Under the pieces are notes generated by a model. The model searched no databases. It was not told the DNA's origin and saw nothing but the letters and a program-made list of their open reading frames with translations. Below, piece after piece: positions 11,445 to 21,984 of a DNA stretch of 64,000 nt. Source of the DNA: an uncultured Clostridia bacterium (lineage in GTDB: Bacteria; Bacillota; Clostridia; TANB77; CAG-508); contig CANRHQ010000002.1 in the NCBI GenBank assembly GCA_947630445.1, positions 4,233 through 68,232 of the forward strand, read 5' to 3'. How positions within the stretch are numbered: position 1 is the stretch's first letter; every line of letters starts with the position of its first letter. A program made the position numbers and the translations under genes.

Positions 11445-12635
11445 TTAATTTTCCCCCTTTCTTAAACCTAAATATCTATATGGATTTTCAGTTTTTCCAT
11501 TTTTTACTATTTCTTGTAAATCTGAATATACTGATTCTATTTGTTTTTCTGTTGTATCTCTACCACCTATACCATATATATAATTTATCATTGGAACACT
11601 TTTATTATTTACATACATTGCTGATGTTACATCTTCAAACAATGCACCACCTGCTCCATTTAATGAATCTGCTTTATCTAATATTGCAACTGCTTTTAAA
11701 TTAGATAATGCTTCTGCAATTTCTTCTGCTGGAAATGGTCTAAACATTCTTAATTTTAATAATCCTGCTTTTACACCTTTTTCTCTTAATACATCTACTA
11801 CTGCTTTTGTTGTTCCAGCAGTAGAATTCATACAAACTATTGCAATTTCTGCATCATCCAACTTATATTTTTCAAAAAATTCATATTTTCTTCCTGTCCA
11901 TTTTTCAAATTCTTCTGCTACTTCTTTTATTACTTTTTTTGCATTTTTCATTGCTTCTGCTTGTTGTGCTTTATGTTCAAATAAATATGCTTGTAAATCT
12001 AATGGTCCAATTGCAATTGGCTCTTTATTATTTAATAAATAATGTTCTGGTTTATATTCTCCTACAAATTTTTTAACTTCTTCATCACTTTCTAATTGTA
12101 TATTTTCTATTGAATGTGAAGTTATAAATCCATCTTGACATATCATTACTGGTAATAATACATTTTTATTTTCTGCTATTCTATGTGCCATTAACATATT
12201 ATCATATGCTTCTTGATTATTTTCTGAAAACAACATTATCCAACCAGCATCTCTTACTCCCATTGCATCTGAATGATCATTATGTATATTTAATGGTCCT
12301 GATACAGCTCTATTTACTAATGCCATTACTATTGGTAATCTTAAACTTGATGCTATATATATCATTTCCCACATTAATGATAATCCATTTGCTGATGTAG
12401 CTGTCATAGCTCTTGAACCTGCTGCTGATGCTCCTATTGTTGCTGACATTGCACTATGTTCACTCTCTACTGCAACAAATTCTGTATCTACTTCTCCATT
12501 AGATACAAATGTTGAAAAATATTGTGGTATTTCTGTTGATGGTGTTATAGGAAATGCTGCAACTACATCTGGATTTATTTGTTTCATTGCAATGGCTGTT
12601 GCTTCATTTCCACTTAATCTTTCTCTTATACTCAT
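11445..12635 (-). CDS. porA: 2-oxoacid:ferredoxin oxidoreductase, alpha subunit
   Basis: 396 aa; MSIRERLSGNEATAIAMKQINPDVVAAFPITPSTEI typical of the alpha subunit; operon context. Confidence 0.9.
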   Translation of the reverse strand: MSIRERLSGNEATAIAMKQINPDVVAAFPITPSTEIPQYFSTFVSNGEVDTEFVAVESEHSAMSATIGASAAGSRAMTATSANGLSLMWEMIYIASSLRLPIVMALVNRAVSGPLNIHNDHSDAMGVRDAGWIMLFSENNQEAYDNMLMAHRIAENKNVLLPVMICQDGFITSHSIENIQLESDEEVKKFVGEYKPEHYLLNNKEPIAIGPLDLQAYLFEHKAQQAEAMKNAKKVIKEVAEEFEKWTGRKYEFFEKYKLDDAEIAIVCMNSTAGTTKAVVDVLREKGVKAGLLKLRMFRPFPAEEIAEALSNLKAVAILDKADSLNGAGGALFEDVTSAMYVNNKSVPMINYIYGIGGRDTTEKQIESVYSDLQEIVKNGKTENPYRYLGLRKGEN

Positions 12636-12636
12636 A

Positions 12637-12936
12637 TTATTCTACACCTTCTTCCTTCATTTCTATTGCTGCAAATGGACATACTTTTGAACATACTCCA
12701 CATCCTTTACAATAGTCATAATTGAAATCTTTTCTTTTTAAATCTTTTCCTACAGGTATTGAATTATCTGGGCAAACAGGAAAGCATAATCCACATTGTT
12801 TACATTTTTCTTCTATCCAAACAGGTTTCATACTTCTCCAATCTCCTGTTTTAAATTCTTTTGCATTTCCTGCATTATATATATTTCCACCTATTGTTAA
12901 CTTATTCATAGGTGTTTTTGCATTTATTTCTGTCAT
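12637..12936 (-). CDS. porD: 2-oxoacid:ferredoxin oxidoreductase, delta (2x[4Fe-4S] ferredoxin) subunit
   Basis: 99 aa; CKQCGLCFPVCP and CKGCGVCSKVCP cluster motifs. Confidence 0.9.
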   Translation of the reverse strand: MTEINAKTPMNKLTIGGNIYNAGNAKEFKTGDWRSMKPVWIEEKCKQCGLCFPVCPDNSIPVGKDLKRKDFNYDYCKGCGVCSKVCPFAAIEMKEEGVE

Positions 12937-13511
12937 ATCTTTTTTACCTCCTTCAATGCTAATTCTAATGCTTTCATATTTCCATCTATAACTTCTGGTT
13001 TTTTAGCAAATTTATGTTTAAAAGAATTTTGCATGTCTGCAAGTAGTTCTTCATCTGTCATTATTCCTGTTACTTTTACAATTGCTGCAAGCATTGGTGT
13101 ATTAGGGAAATATTTTCCTAATGCTTCTTCTGATACTTTTCTAGCATCTATTGTATATATTGCTCCTTCATATCCATTTAAAACTTTCTTTAAATATTCA
13201 GGTGATTTAGTAGTATTTATAACAATTGCTCCTGTTGTTTTTAATCCTGCAGTTACAGGTACTGATTCTAATAATGTATCATCTACTACTACTACATAAT
13301 CTGGTTCATATATATTGCTATGTATTGTGATTGGTTTATCACTTATTCTGTTATATGCTGTTATTGGTGCTCCCATTCTTTCTGGTCCATATTCTGGAAA
13401 ACCTTGAATGTATTTTCCTGTGTTAAATGCTGCATCTGCTAACAATAATGAAGCAGTTTTTGCACCTTGACCACCTCTACCATGCCATCTAATTTCAATT
13501 AAATTATTCAT
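12933..13511 (-). CDS. porG: 2-oxoacid:ferredoxin oxidoreductase, gamma subunit
   Basis: 192 aa; IRWHGRGGQGAKTAS motif; first gene of the gamma-delta-alpha-beta operon. Confidence 0.9.
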   Translation of the reverse strand: MNNLIEIRWHGRGGQGAKTASLLLADAAFNTGKYIQGFPEYGPERMGAPITAYNRISDKPITIHSNIYEPDYVVVVDDTLLESVPVTAGLKTTGAIVINTTKSPEYLKKVLNGYEGAIYTIDARKVSEEALGKYFPNTPMLAAIVKVTGIMTDEELLADMQNSFKHKFAKKPEVIDGNMKALELALKEVKKI

Positions 13512-13579
13512 GAAATTTAGCCTCCTTCTTTATATTTATGTTCTACATAAATTCATCTTGTATTTCCAAGATTGCTTTC

Positions 13580-13608
13580 AGTATATTCTTATTTTATTTT
13601 AATGTCAA
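13580..13608 (-). promoter_or_regulatory. Sigma-A promoter of the oxidoreductase operon
   Basis: Minus strand reads TTGACA (13608-13603), 17 nt, TATACT (13585-13580). Confidence 0.6.
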
Positions 13609-13667
13609 GTGTTTTTGAATCGGGTGTATAAAATTTTCACTTTTATCTAATCACATATTTTTTAAAT

Positions 13668-13694
13668 AAAAAAAAACGAGATTTTTGAATCCCG
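13668..13694 (-). terminator. Intrinsic terminator after the small Cys-rich ORF
   Basis: Minus strand CGGGATT-caaa-AATCTCG (7 bp with one G-U) followed by T9. Confidence 0.65.
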
Positions 13695-13707
13695 CTTTTT
13701 ATTTTAG

Positions 13708-13875
13708 TTAATCTTCTCCACATCCATTACAATGTGAACAATGTCCTCCACATTCTTCACTATCATCTTCTACAAATTCATAAATATCTTCTTGAATGTA
13801 TGCTACATTTTTTTCAAGTTCAGCAACTCTTTTTTCTAATTTTTCTATTTTTTCAATTAATTCTTTTTCTGTCAT
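13708..13875 (-). CDS. Small (55 aa) coiled-coil protein with Cys-rich C-terminus
   Basis: Not in the track (<60 aa). Sequence MTEKELIEKIEKLEKRVAELEKNVAYIQEDIYEFVEDDSEECGGHCSHCNGCGED. GGAAAGGAA lies 8 nt upstream of the ATG, and the ORF has its own terminator. Confidence 0.5.
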   Translation of the reverse strand: MTEKELIEKIEKLEKRVAELEKNVAYIQEDIYEFVEDDSEECGGHCSHCNGCGED

Positions 13876-13917
13876 AACAAAAATTCCTTTCCTTCTAATA
13901 AAGACAGATTATAATTT

Positions 13918-14484
13918 TTATACTCTTTCCATATATTCACATGTACGAGTATCAATTCTTAATACATCACCTATATTTACAAACATAGGAACTTGTAATT
14001 CTAATCCTGTTTCTAATGTTGCTGGTTTTCCTGATGTTGTAGTTGTATTTCCTGCAAATCCTGGTTCTGTATATGTAACTTCCAATTCAACAAAAATTGG
14101 TGGTTCTACTGCAAATACTTTTCCTTTGAATGATAATATTGTTACTTCCATGTTTTCTTTTAAATACTTTAAGCAATCTCCAATATCATCTTTATTTAAT
14201 GGCATTTGATCATAAGTTTCATTATCCATAAAGTAATACAATTCTCCATCATTATATAAATATTGCATAGCTTTTCTTTCAATTTCTGCTCCTGGAAATT
14301 TGTCTGATGGATTAAATGTTTTTTCTAAAACAGCACCTGTTATTACATTTTTTAATTTTGTTCTAACAAAAGCTGCTCCCTTTCCTGGTTTTACATGTTG
14401 AAATTCTACTACTCTATAAACTCCTCCATCCATTTCAAATGTTGTTCCATTTCTAAAGTCTCCTGCCATATATACTCCTGCCAT
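13918..14484 (-). CDS. efp: Elongation factor P
   Basis: [13 protein letters not shown] ... [16 protein letters not shown] motifs. Two possible ATGs (14484, 14469) sit in a duplicated ATGGCAGGAG, and each has an AGGAG upstream. Confidence 0.95.
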   Translation of the reverse strand: MAGVYMAGDFRNGTTFEMDGGVYRVVEFQHVKPGKGAAFVRTKLKNVITGAVLEKTFNPSDKFPGAEIERKAMQYLYNDGELYYFMDNETYDQMPLNKDDIGDCLKYLKENMEVTILSFKGKVFAVEPPIFVELEVTYTEPGFAGNTTTTSGKPATLETGLELQVPMFVNIGDVLRIDTRTCEYMERV

Positions 14485-14563
14485 ACTAATTCTCCTTTCA
14501 ATTTCTTACATAAATTTAAACTCTTTTTCCATTTTACACCATATTTACATAAAAATCAAGTCT

Positions 14564-15625
14564 TTATTTAATAATAACATACTTCTTAGGTGATTTTGTT
14601 AATGCTTCACATCCACCTTTTGTTATTAATACAGTGTCTTCTATTCTAACTCCAAACTGACCTGTTATATAAATTCCTGGTTCATCTGTAACAATCATAT
14701 TCTCTTTTAAAATACTTTCTGAATTAACTCCTAATACTGGAGCTTCATGTATTTCTAATCCTACTCCATGTCCTAATGCATGTATTAAATCATAATTGTG
14801 TAATCTAAAATCATTATCTACCATTTTGCTTACTTGTTTAGTATTAGAATTTTCTCTCATATCTCTTAATACTTGTTCTTGATTTTTTAATACTAATTCA
14901 TATATAGGTTTTACATATGCTGGAACTTCTCCAACAAAAAATGTTCTTGTCATATCTGAACAATATCCATTAATTTTACAACCCATATCAATTGTTACTA
15001 TATCTACTTTTTGAATTTTTCTTTCTGTTGGTACTGCATGTGGTTTAGATGAATTTTCTCCAGATGCTACTATTGTATCAAATGCAATTCCTTCTGAATG
15101 TTTATAATAATAATAATCTATCTCTCTTGCTATTTGTTTTTCAGTCATTCCTGGTTTTATATAATTTAATATATATGTATAACAATCATCTGTAATTTTA
15201 CAAGCCTTTTGAATATTTTCTATTTCTTCTTGGTCTTTTACTAATCTCTGCTTTTCTATCATTTTTTCTGTTTCTACCAAGTTGTTTATTTTATATTTGT
15301 GCATATATTCTTTATATTTTGCATATGTAACATAATTTTCTTCAAACCCTACATTCTCGCAAAACATAAAAAAGTTTTCATAATCATCTAGTGTTAATCC
15401 CCTAGAATCATATACCACTATTTCATCAAATAATGTTAATGTATTGTGCACATCTTCTATATATCTACCATCTGTTATAAAAATATTTTCTTTTCTTGTT
15501 ACTAATAAAACTCCTTCTGCCTGAATATTTGTTAAATATCTTATATTTATAGGATTTGATACAATCATTCCTTGTAAATCCAAACTCAATAACTTATTTC
15601 TAAGCCACTGCATCTTTTGGTTCAT
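14564..15625 (-). CDS. Xaa-Pro aminopeptidase/dipeptidase (M24B)
   Basis: 353 aa; HALGHGVGLEIHEAP and EPGIY metal-ligand motifs; classic position upstream of efp. Confidence 0.9.
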   Translation of the reverse strand: MNQKMQWLRNKLLSLDLQGMIVSNPINIRYLTNIQAEGVLLVTRKENIFITDGRYIEDVHNTLTLFDEIVVYDSRGLTLDDYENFFMFCENVGFEENYVTYAKYKEYMHKYKINNLVETEKMIEKQRLVKDQEEIENIQKACKITDDCYTYILNYIKPGMTEKQIAREIDYYYYKHSEGIAFDTIVASGENSSKPHAVPTERKIQKVDIVTIDMGCKINGYCSDMTRTFFVGEVPAYVKPIYELVLKNQEQVLRDMRENSNTKQVSKMVDNDFRLHNYDLIHALGHGVGLEIHEAPVLGVNSESILKENMIVTDEPGIYITGQFGVRIEDTVLITKGGCEALTKSPKKYVIIK

Positions 15626-15648
15626 ATTATTCTCCTTTCAAAATTTCA

Positions 15649-16401
15649 TTATCCTTTATACATTCCTAATGTGAAAATTGTCATTAAGGCTGTTAGTAAT
15701 GTTTCAAATGGTATAAATATACTTATAAATGTTGCAATTACTATAAATGGTCCAAATGGGATATATTCATTTGATTTTTTTATTTTGCTTAATATTAACA
15801 CAATTCCTAAAATGGCTCCTATCAAAAATGACATCATTGCTATTATGACTATATTGGTAACTCCAAAATATAATCCTAATGCTCCCATTAATTTTACATC
15901 ACCAAGTCCCATTGCTTCTTTTCCATAAATTAGTCCACCTATTAAAGTTATAGCTAAAAATATTCCTCCTCCTGCTAACATTCCTAATAACATATCTATT
16001 GTTATTGCTACATTTGATGTTCCGAATAAGAATGCTATTATAAGTCCAATTTCAAACATCGTTAAATTTAGTCTATTAGGAATTATTTGTAATCTATAAT
16101 CTATAACAAATGCTGACAGTAACATTGGTGTTAATATTAAATATTTTATTAAGTTTAAGTTTCCTATAAAAGTACGTTGTACACCAAATTTATATACTAA
16201 TCCTATATAAATAGCAACTGTAATCATCATTAATATATAATTAGGTTTAAATCTCACTTTATATTCTTTAAATATTTCTTTTGTAAACACTTTCTTATAC
16301 TCTGGTAGTCTTTCATTAAGCCAATCTACAAATTGTCCTACAATTAATCCTACTATTGCTGCTAATAAATAAAAGCCTATATGTGTATCATTTATATACA
16401 T
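15649..16401 (-). CDS. Prepilin (type IV leader) peptidase, A24 family
   Basis: 250 aa, polytopic; GLGDVKLMGALG and IPFGPFI catalytic Asp motifs. No pilin genes in the window. Confidence 0.85.
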   Translation of the reverse strand: MYINDTHIGFYLLAAIVGLIVGQFVDWLNERLPEYKKVFTKEIFKEYKVRFKPNYILMMITVAIYIGLVYKFGVQRTFIGNLNLIKYLILTPMLLSAFVIDYRLQIIPNRLNLTMFEIGLIIAFLFGTSNVAITIDMLLGMLAGGGIFLAITLIGGLIYGKEAMGLGDVKLMGALGLYFGVTNIVIIAMMSFLIGAILGIVLILSKIKKSNEYIPFGPFIVIATFISIFIPFETLLTALMTIFTLGMYKG

Positions 16402-16906
16402 TTAATTTTTCCTTCCTTTGTTTTTTATATCTATTTTTTATTACATTTTCTATTGGTCTTTTTATCATAGTTATCCATATATCTTTTTCTGCAATTGGAT
16501 CTACTAGAATTGTAAACATTTTACATCTATTACCACCTATTACATCTGTAAATATTTGATCTCCAACTACTCCTATATTCTCTGGTTTTTCTTCTATTAT
16601 TCTCATTGCCTTTTTTAATCCAGTTTTTAATGGTTTTTTTGCAAAATAACTGTATTGTAATTTTAGTTTTTCAGCAACTGTTTTGACTTTATCTTTTTTA
16701 TTTGAGTTTGATAATATATATAATTTTATTCCATTTTCTTTTAAATCTTTTATCCATTCAATTGTTTCTTTTTTTAAATTTTTATCATAATCTATTAATG
16801 TATTATCAACATCCAATATTAATGCTTTTATTTCATTTTCAGCAAGAAAATCTTTTTTTATTTCTGTTACATCTCTAAAATATGCTTTTGGATATATTAA
16901 TGCCAT
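16388..16906 (-). CDS. yqeG: YqeG-family HAD-IIIA phosphatase
   Basis: 172 aa; LILDVDNTL, YILSNS and GDQIFTD motifs. Confidence 0.85.
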   Translation of the reverse strand: MALIYPKAYFRDVTEIKKDFLAENEIKALILDVDNTLIDYDKNLKKETIEWIKDLKENGIKLYILSNSNKKDKVKTVAEKLKLQYSYFAKKPLKTGLKKAMRIIEEKPENIGVVGDQIFTDVIGGNRCKMFTILVDPIAEKDIWITMIKRPIENVIKNRYKKQRKEKLNVYK

Positions 16907-16961
16907 GTAAACCTCCTAATTTATTAATATATTAACAATATGATTTAATTTTGTCAATAAT

Positions 16962-17504
16962 TTATCCTTCAAGTTGTGTATAAATTTTATAATCTCTCAT
17001 AATTTTTCTAACATAAGAATTAGTTTCTTTATAAGGAATGTTTTCAATGTCTGAACCATTTGATTGTATTATTCCACTTTTTAACCATTTGTCAACATTT
17101 CCAATTCCAGCATTATATGCAGCTAATGCAATTTCTATACAATTATACTTTTCAATTAATGTTGCAATATATTGTGTTCCTAATTTTATATTTGTATCAG
17201 GCTCTAATATACTGTCTTGTGTTAATTTTATTCCATCCTTATCTGATATTTCTTGTGCTGTATCATACATTAATTGCATTAAGCCTTGTGCATTCTTTTT
17301 GGATATAGCATTTGGATTAAAATTGCTTTCTACTTTTATTAATGCGTAAATTAAGTTTTCTTCTACTCCATACTCTTTTGAATATTTATTTACATATTCT
17401 TCATAGTCTTTTTGATATATGAATTTTAGCATTGGTTTATTTAAACATATAATTATTATGGTAATAATAATTATTGTAAGTATAAATTTTATCTTTGTGT
17501 TCAA
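16962..17504 (-). CDS. Lytic transglycosylase (SLT domain), membrane-anchored
   Basis: LIKVESNFNPNAISKKNAQGLMQLM and AYNAG motifs; N-terminal TM. Confidence 0.85.
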   Translation of the reverse strand: MNTKIKFILTIIIITIIIICLNKPMLKFIYQKDYEEYVNKYSKEYGVEENLIYALIKVESNFNPNAISKKNAQGLMQLMYDTAQEISDKDGIKLTQDSILEPDTNIKLGTQYIATLIEKYNCIEIALAAYNAGIGNVDKWLKSGIIQSNGSDIENIPYKETNSYVRKIMRDYKIYTQLEG

Positions 17505-17519
17505 GTTGTTATTCTCCTT

Positions 17520-20207
17520 TTATTTGCAGTCATACCAATTTGTTGCTTCAGAGACTTCAGCAATCAATGGTACATTTAATTTCATAGCATTTTCCATTGA
17601 ATTTTTTAAAATATCCTTTACAATATCAACTTCATCAAGTGTTGATTCTAGCATCATTTCATCATGTACTTGAAGAACAATTTTAGTTTTTAAACCTCTT
17701 TCCTTAAGTTCCTTTAAAACATTAATCATAGCAATTTTCATAATGTCTGCCGCTGTTCCTTGTATTGGTGTATTCATTGCTACTCTTTGTCCAAATTGTC
17801 TTACCATATAATTATTAGATTTCAATTCAGGTATATATCTTCTCCTTTTAAATAATGTTTCTACATATCCTACTTTTTTAGCACTTTCTACAATTTCATT
17901 CATAAAATTTTTTATTCCTATATATTGTTCTAAGTATTGATCTATATATTGTTTTGCTTTTTTTCTTGATATTCCTAATTGTTGTGCTAATCCAAAATCA
18001 CTTATACCATATACTATTCCAAAATTTACAGCTTTTGCATTGCTTCTTTGTTCTTTTGTTACTTCCTCTATTGGAGTATTAAATACTTTTGATGCAGCTT
18101 GTTTATGAATATCTTCTCCATTTATAAATGCTTGAACCATATGTTCATCATTAGATATATGTGCTAAAACTCTTAATTCTATTTGAGAATAGTCTGCATC
18201 AATATACAAACTTCCTTCTGCTGGTTTAAATACTTTTCTTAATTTTTTACCTAATTCAAATCTTGTAGGTATATTTTGAAGATTAGGTTCTGTTGAACTT
18301 ATTCTTCCAGTAGCAGTAATTGTTTGATGAAAGAATGAATGTATTCTTTTGGTTTTTGGATTTATAAATGGTTTCATTCCTTCAACATATGTTGAATTTA
18401 ATTTCATTAATTGTCTATATTCTAATAACTTTTCTATTACTGGATGTTCTTCTACTAATTTTTCTAAGACATCCACATCTGTTGAATATCCATTTTTTGT
18501 TTTCTTTATGATTGGTAATTTTAATTTTTCAAATAAAATTTCTCCCAATTGTTTTGTTGAATTTATATTAAATTCTTCTCCACATAATTCATAGACCTCT
18601 TGGGTTAATATTTCTAATCTTTCTTTTAATTGTTTTCCATATTCATCTAATTCTTTAATATCAACATACATACCATTCCATTGCATTTCTGCAAGGACTT
18701 CAACAGTTGGCATATCTATGTTTTTAAATAACTCAATCGCATCTATTTCTTTCAATTTTTCTAGAGTTATTTCTGCTAATCTATAAATTTCTTCAGCATA
18801 TAGACAATTTATTATTTTTTTACTATCACCCTGATTTTCTCTTTCCATATCAAACAATGATGTTTGTTCATTTTCTTCTTCTTTTATTCCAATACTTTGT
18901 AAATATTCTGAATTATCTACTTCTAAATAATCTCTAACTATAACATCCATTGTATATTTACTTGTTGGATTTAATATATATGCAGCAACTTTTGCATCAT
19001 ATACTATATTATTAATTGTTATTCCTATTTGTTTTAACAATATATAGTCTTCAGCTAAATCATAACCATATTTTTCAATATTTTTATCTTCAAATATTAG
19101 TTTTAATTGTTCTAAAAAATTCTGATGTTTTCTTATATAGTATAATTTATTTTCAGAATATATACTTATTCCTGTAATATCTTTTTTTATTATATCTTCT
19201 TCATTTTGATTTTCAGATGTTTCTAAAAAGTAATATAATTTCCCGTTTAATTCTGGAATTTTATTTGTCTCTATAATTTCTAATTCTTTCTTTTCTGTTT
19301 TTTTAATAGGTGATTCTGCATTTCTCAACCCAAATCTTTCGATATATCTATTAAAACGTAATTCTTCAAATATCTCTAATACTTTTGGTCTGTCCCATTC
19401 TTCTAGTTTTATATCTTCTAGCGTATCTTCAATTGGTACTTGTGTATTAATTTCTCCTAATTTTCTTGATAATTCTGCCATTTCTTTATTATTAACTATA
19501 TTTTCTTTTTGTTTTCCTTTTAAGTCATCTTCACCTAATTCTATTTTTTCATATAATTCTTGTACAGTATGATATTTTTGTATTAATGATATTGCTGTTT
19601 TAGGTCCTATTCCTGGAACTCCAGGTATATTATCTGATGTATCTCCTTGTAATGCTTTTACTTCTATTAATTGTTTTGGTTCTAATCCATACTCTTCTAG
19701 GATTTTTGCTCTATTATAGTTTTCAGTTTCAGTTTTTCCAGCTTTTGTTCTTGGGATTCTTATTGTTATATTATCACTTGCTAATTGAAAAGTATCTCTA
19801 TCTCCTGATAATATTGTTACTTCTAATCCATTTTTTTCTCCATATTTAGCAAGTGTTCCTAGAATATCATCTCCCTCATATCCTTGTTTTTCTATTATAT
19901 CTATATTCATTGCTTTTAATACTTCTTTTATAACTGGCATTTGTTCGGCAAGTTCATCTGGCATACCATGCCTATTAGCTTTATATCCTTCATATAATTC
20001 ATGTCTAGCTGTTGGACCTTTTAAGTCAAATGCAACTGCAATATATTGTGGTTCTATATCTTCTAATATTTTAAATAATATTGATAAAAAACCATATACT
20101 GCATTTGTATATTTACCATCTTTTGTTGTTAACATCTTACTTCCCATTATTCCATAAAATGCTCTGTTCATTATACTATTTCCATCAATTAAAACTAACT
20201 TTTTCAC
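17520..20207 (-). CDS. polA: DNA polymerase I
   Basis: 895 aa; 5' nuclease N-terminus; DYSQIELRVLAH and QVHDE polymerase motifs. Confidence 0.97.
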   Translation of the reverse strand: MKKLVLIDGNSIMNRAFYGIMGSKMLTTKDGKYTNAVYGFLSILFKILEDIEPQYIAVAFDLKGPTARHELYEGYKANRHGMPDELAEQMPVIKEVLKAMNIDIIEKQGYEGDDILGTLAKYGEKNGLEVTILSGDRDTFQLASDNITIRIPRTKAGKTETENYNRAKILEEYGLEPKQLIEVKALQGDTSDNIPGVPGIGPKTAISLIQKYHTVQELYEKIELGEDDLKGKQKENIVNNKEMAELSRKLGEINTQVPIEDTLEDIKLEEWDRPKVLEIFEELRFNRYIERFGLRNAESPIKKTEKKELEIIETNKIPELNGKLYYFLETSENQNEEDIIKKDITGISIYSENKLYYIRKHQNFLEQLKLIFEDKNIEKYGYDLAEDYILLKQIGITINNIVYDAKVAAYILNPTSKYTMDVIVRDYLEVDNSEYLQSIGIKEEENEQTSLFDMERENQGDSKKIINCLYAEEIYRLAEITLEKLKEIDAIELFKNIDMPTVEVLAEMQWNGMYVDIKELDEYGKQLKERLEILTQEVYELCGEEFNINSTKQLGEILFEKLKLPIIKKTKNGYSTDVDVLEKLVEEHPVIEKLLEYRQLMKLNSTYVEGMKPFINPKTKRIHSFFHQTITATGRISSTEPNLQNIPTRFELGKKLRKVFKPAEGSLYIDADYSQIELRVLAHISNDEHMVQAFINGEDIHKQAASKVFNTPIEEVTKEQRSNAKAVNFGIVYGISDFGLAQQLGISRKKAKQYIDQYLEQYIGIKNFMNEIVESAKKVGYVETLFKRRRYIPELKSNNYMVRQFGQRVAMNTPIQGTAADIMKIAMINVLKELKERGLKTKIVLQVHDEMMLESTLDEVDIVKDILKNSMENAMKLNVPLIAEVSEATNWYDCK

Positions 20208-21594
20208 TTTTTTTCCTCCATTTATTTGTTATAATCTGCCATGCTATAAATAAACATATAATTATCCCTACAAATTGAATATCATATATATAACTTTCTG
20301 CTCTATACATATAAATACTGTTTGCTATTTCCGATATTAATGACAAACCAATTATATTTTTTATAGTATTTGGTCTTTGCCACATTATAGTTGCAAATAA
20401 CCATATTAAATACCATTGTTGAAATGTTGTTAAAATTAATAAAAATAGTATTAACGTTATATTATATTTTCTTAACATTTCTATTAATCTTTTTCTTTGT
20501 TTAAATAAAAATTCTAGACAAATGCAAATAAACACATAAACAAATGATGTTATAAATACAATTCTTATTAAATTAACTTTTAAATCTAATGTTAGTAGAG
20601 CAGAATACATTGATTTTGAATATTTACTGTTTTGAGCCATCATTGCAAATAATACATTTATATCTTTTAGATATGGTATATATTCTATTAATAAAATTAG
20701 TAAAAATATTATTCCATATTGAATACATCTACAAAATCTTTTTAATATAGATTTTTCATATCTAAAATAATATAATATTATTATTGGCAATAAAAGTACC
20801 GAAAAATATTTTATTCCTGTTGCTATTGCTAAAAATAATATGCTTAATAATAGATTTTTCTTTTTACATAAGAAATATAGTGTTAGTAAAATAAAAAATA
20901 CTACTATTATATCATTATGTACATTTCCAATAAATTCTAATAATATAAATGGATTTAATCCATATATAATTACAAATTTTTTCATATTACTTATTTTATA
21001 TATTAAATAACAATTTAATATATGTATCATAAGATTTATAAGTTTAAATACTATTAGACATATATCAATATTCTTCATTGATATTGCTGTACATATTTTA
21101 AATATTAATTGTGATATTGGTCCATATACTACTGTTGTATTTGCCCAAAAATTATTTGCTCCCTGTTCTAATATTTCATCATCTATATTATCTTGGTTTT
21201 TAGTATAATATTCTTTCATCGTTACATAATATGGATTTTGCTTGTATTTCGAATCTAGCTCACCAACACCCATATAATAAAATACATCTGAACTTGTCCA
21301 TGGTAACATTATAAAAAATATTAGACTAACTATTATCACATATTTTAAAATTGATTTTATATCTTTAAAGATTTCCTTTTTTCTAATAATAAGTAAATAA
21401 ACTAATGATAATGCTATAAATAATATTAAATATATACTTGTTGATAATATTTTATTTACTTCTGTATTTATTGCAAAATTATAATATATAGTAAAACCCA
21501 TTATAGTCTTTTTTTGTATTATATATATTATTGATGGAATTATTAAAGTTATACTTATTAATATATAAACAAGTTTTATTATTTTATTTTTCAT
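20185..21594 (-). CDS. Polytopic membrane protein, possibly a GT-C type (DUF2029-like) glycosyltransferase
   Basis: 469 aa with more than 10 hydrophobic segments. The loop SSDVFYYMGVGELDSKYKQNPYY resembles the Asp-containing first loop of GT-C enzymes. Family not verified. Confidence 0.45.
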   Translation of the reverse strand: MKNKIIKLVYILISITLIIPSIIYIIQKKTIMGFTIYYNFAINTEVNKILSTSIYLILFIALSLVYLLIIRKKEIFKDIKSILKYVIIVSLIFFIMLPWTSSDVFYYMGVGELDSKYKQNPYYVTMKEYYTKNQDNIDDEILEQGANNFWANTTVVYGPISQLIFKICTAISMKNIDICLIVFKLINLMIHILNCYLIYKISNMKKFVIIYGLNPFILLEFIGNVHNDIIVVFFILLTLYFLCKKKNLLLSILFLAIATGIKYFSVLLLPIIILYYFRYEKSILKRFCRCIQYGIIFLLILLIEYIPYLKDINVLFAMMAQNSKYSKSMYSALLTLDLKVNLIRIVFITSFVYVFICICLEFLFKQRKRLIEMLRKYNITLILFLLILTTFQQWYLIWLFATIMWQRPNTIKNIIGLSLISEIANSIYMYRAESYIYDIQFVGIIICLFIAWQIITNKWRKKSEKVSFN

Positions 21595-21597
21595 TAT

Positions 21598-21984
21598 TTA
21601 TCCCCTTTGTATTTCTATTTTTGTATTCTCATCTACATTTTGTAATATTTTTTTCATAATATATTTATTTATAGCTATACAACCAGCTGTAAATTTATTT
21701 TTAATACAATGTAAAAATATAGCACTTCCTTTTTCAGGTATATTATATGGATTTGTTTTTAATTCTACTAAATACTCATATTGTATAGGAAAATCTATTA
21801 AGTGTTCTGCTGAAGTCCAATCCTTTTTATGTGTTGTTGATATATCTACTAATTGATTGTAATATTTTGATTTTGGATCATCTATCCAATACATATTGGG
21901 TGAAATTTGTTTGTATTCTAGTTTGGTATTTATCTGTTCTTTTGGATGTATTCCTAATGCAATTCCTACTTTAAATTCTCCCAT
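21598..21984 (-). CDS. L,D-transpeptidase catalytic domain protein (YkuD_2/YafK-like); 5' part disrupted
   Basis: Active-site pattern FLHCIKNKFTAGCIAI. The same frame continues upstream to 22131 (...EGDGKTPMGEF) but has no ATG/GTG/TTG there. An ATG at 22135 is one nucleotide out of frame. Confidence 0.75.
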   Translation of the reverse strand: MGEFKVGIALGIHPKEQINTKLEYKQISPNMYWIDDPKSKYYNQLVDISTTHKKDWTSAEHLIDFPIQYEYLVELKTNPYNIPEKGSAIFLHCIKNKFTAGCIAINKYIMKKILQNVDENTKIEIQRG

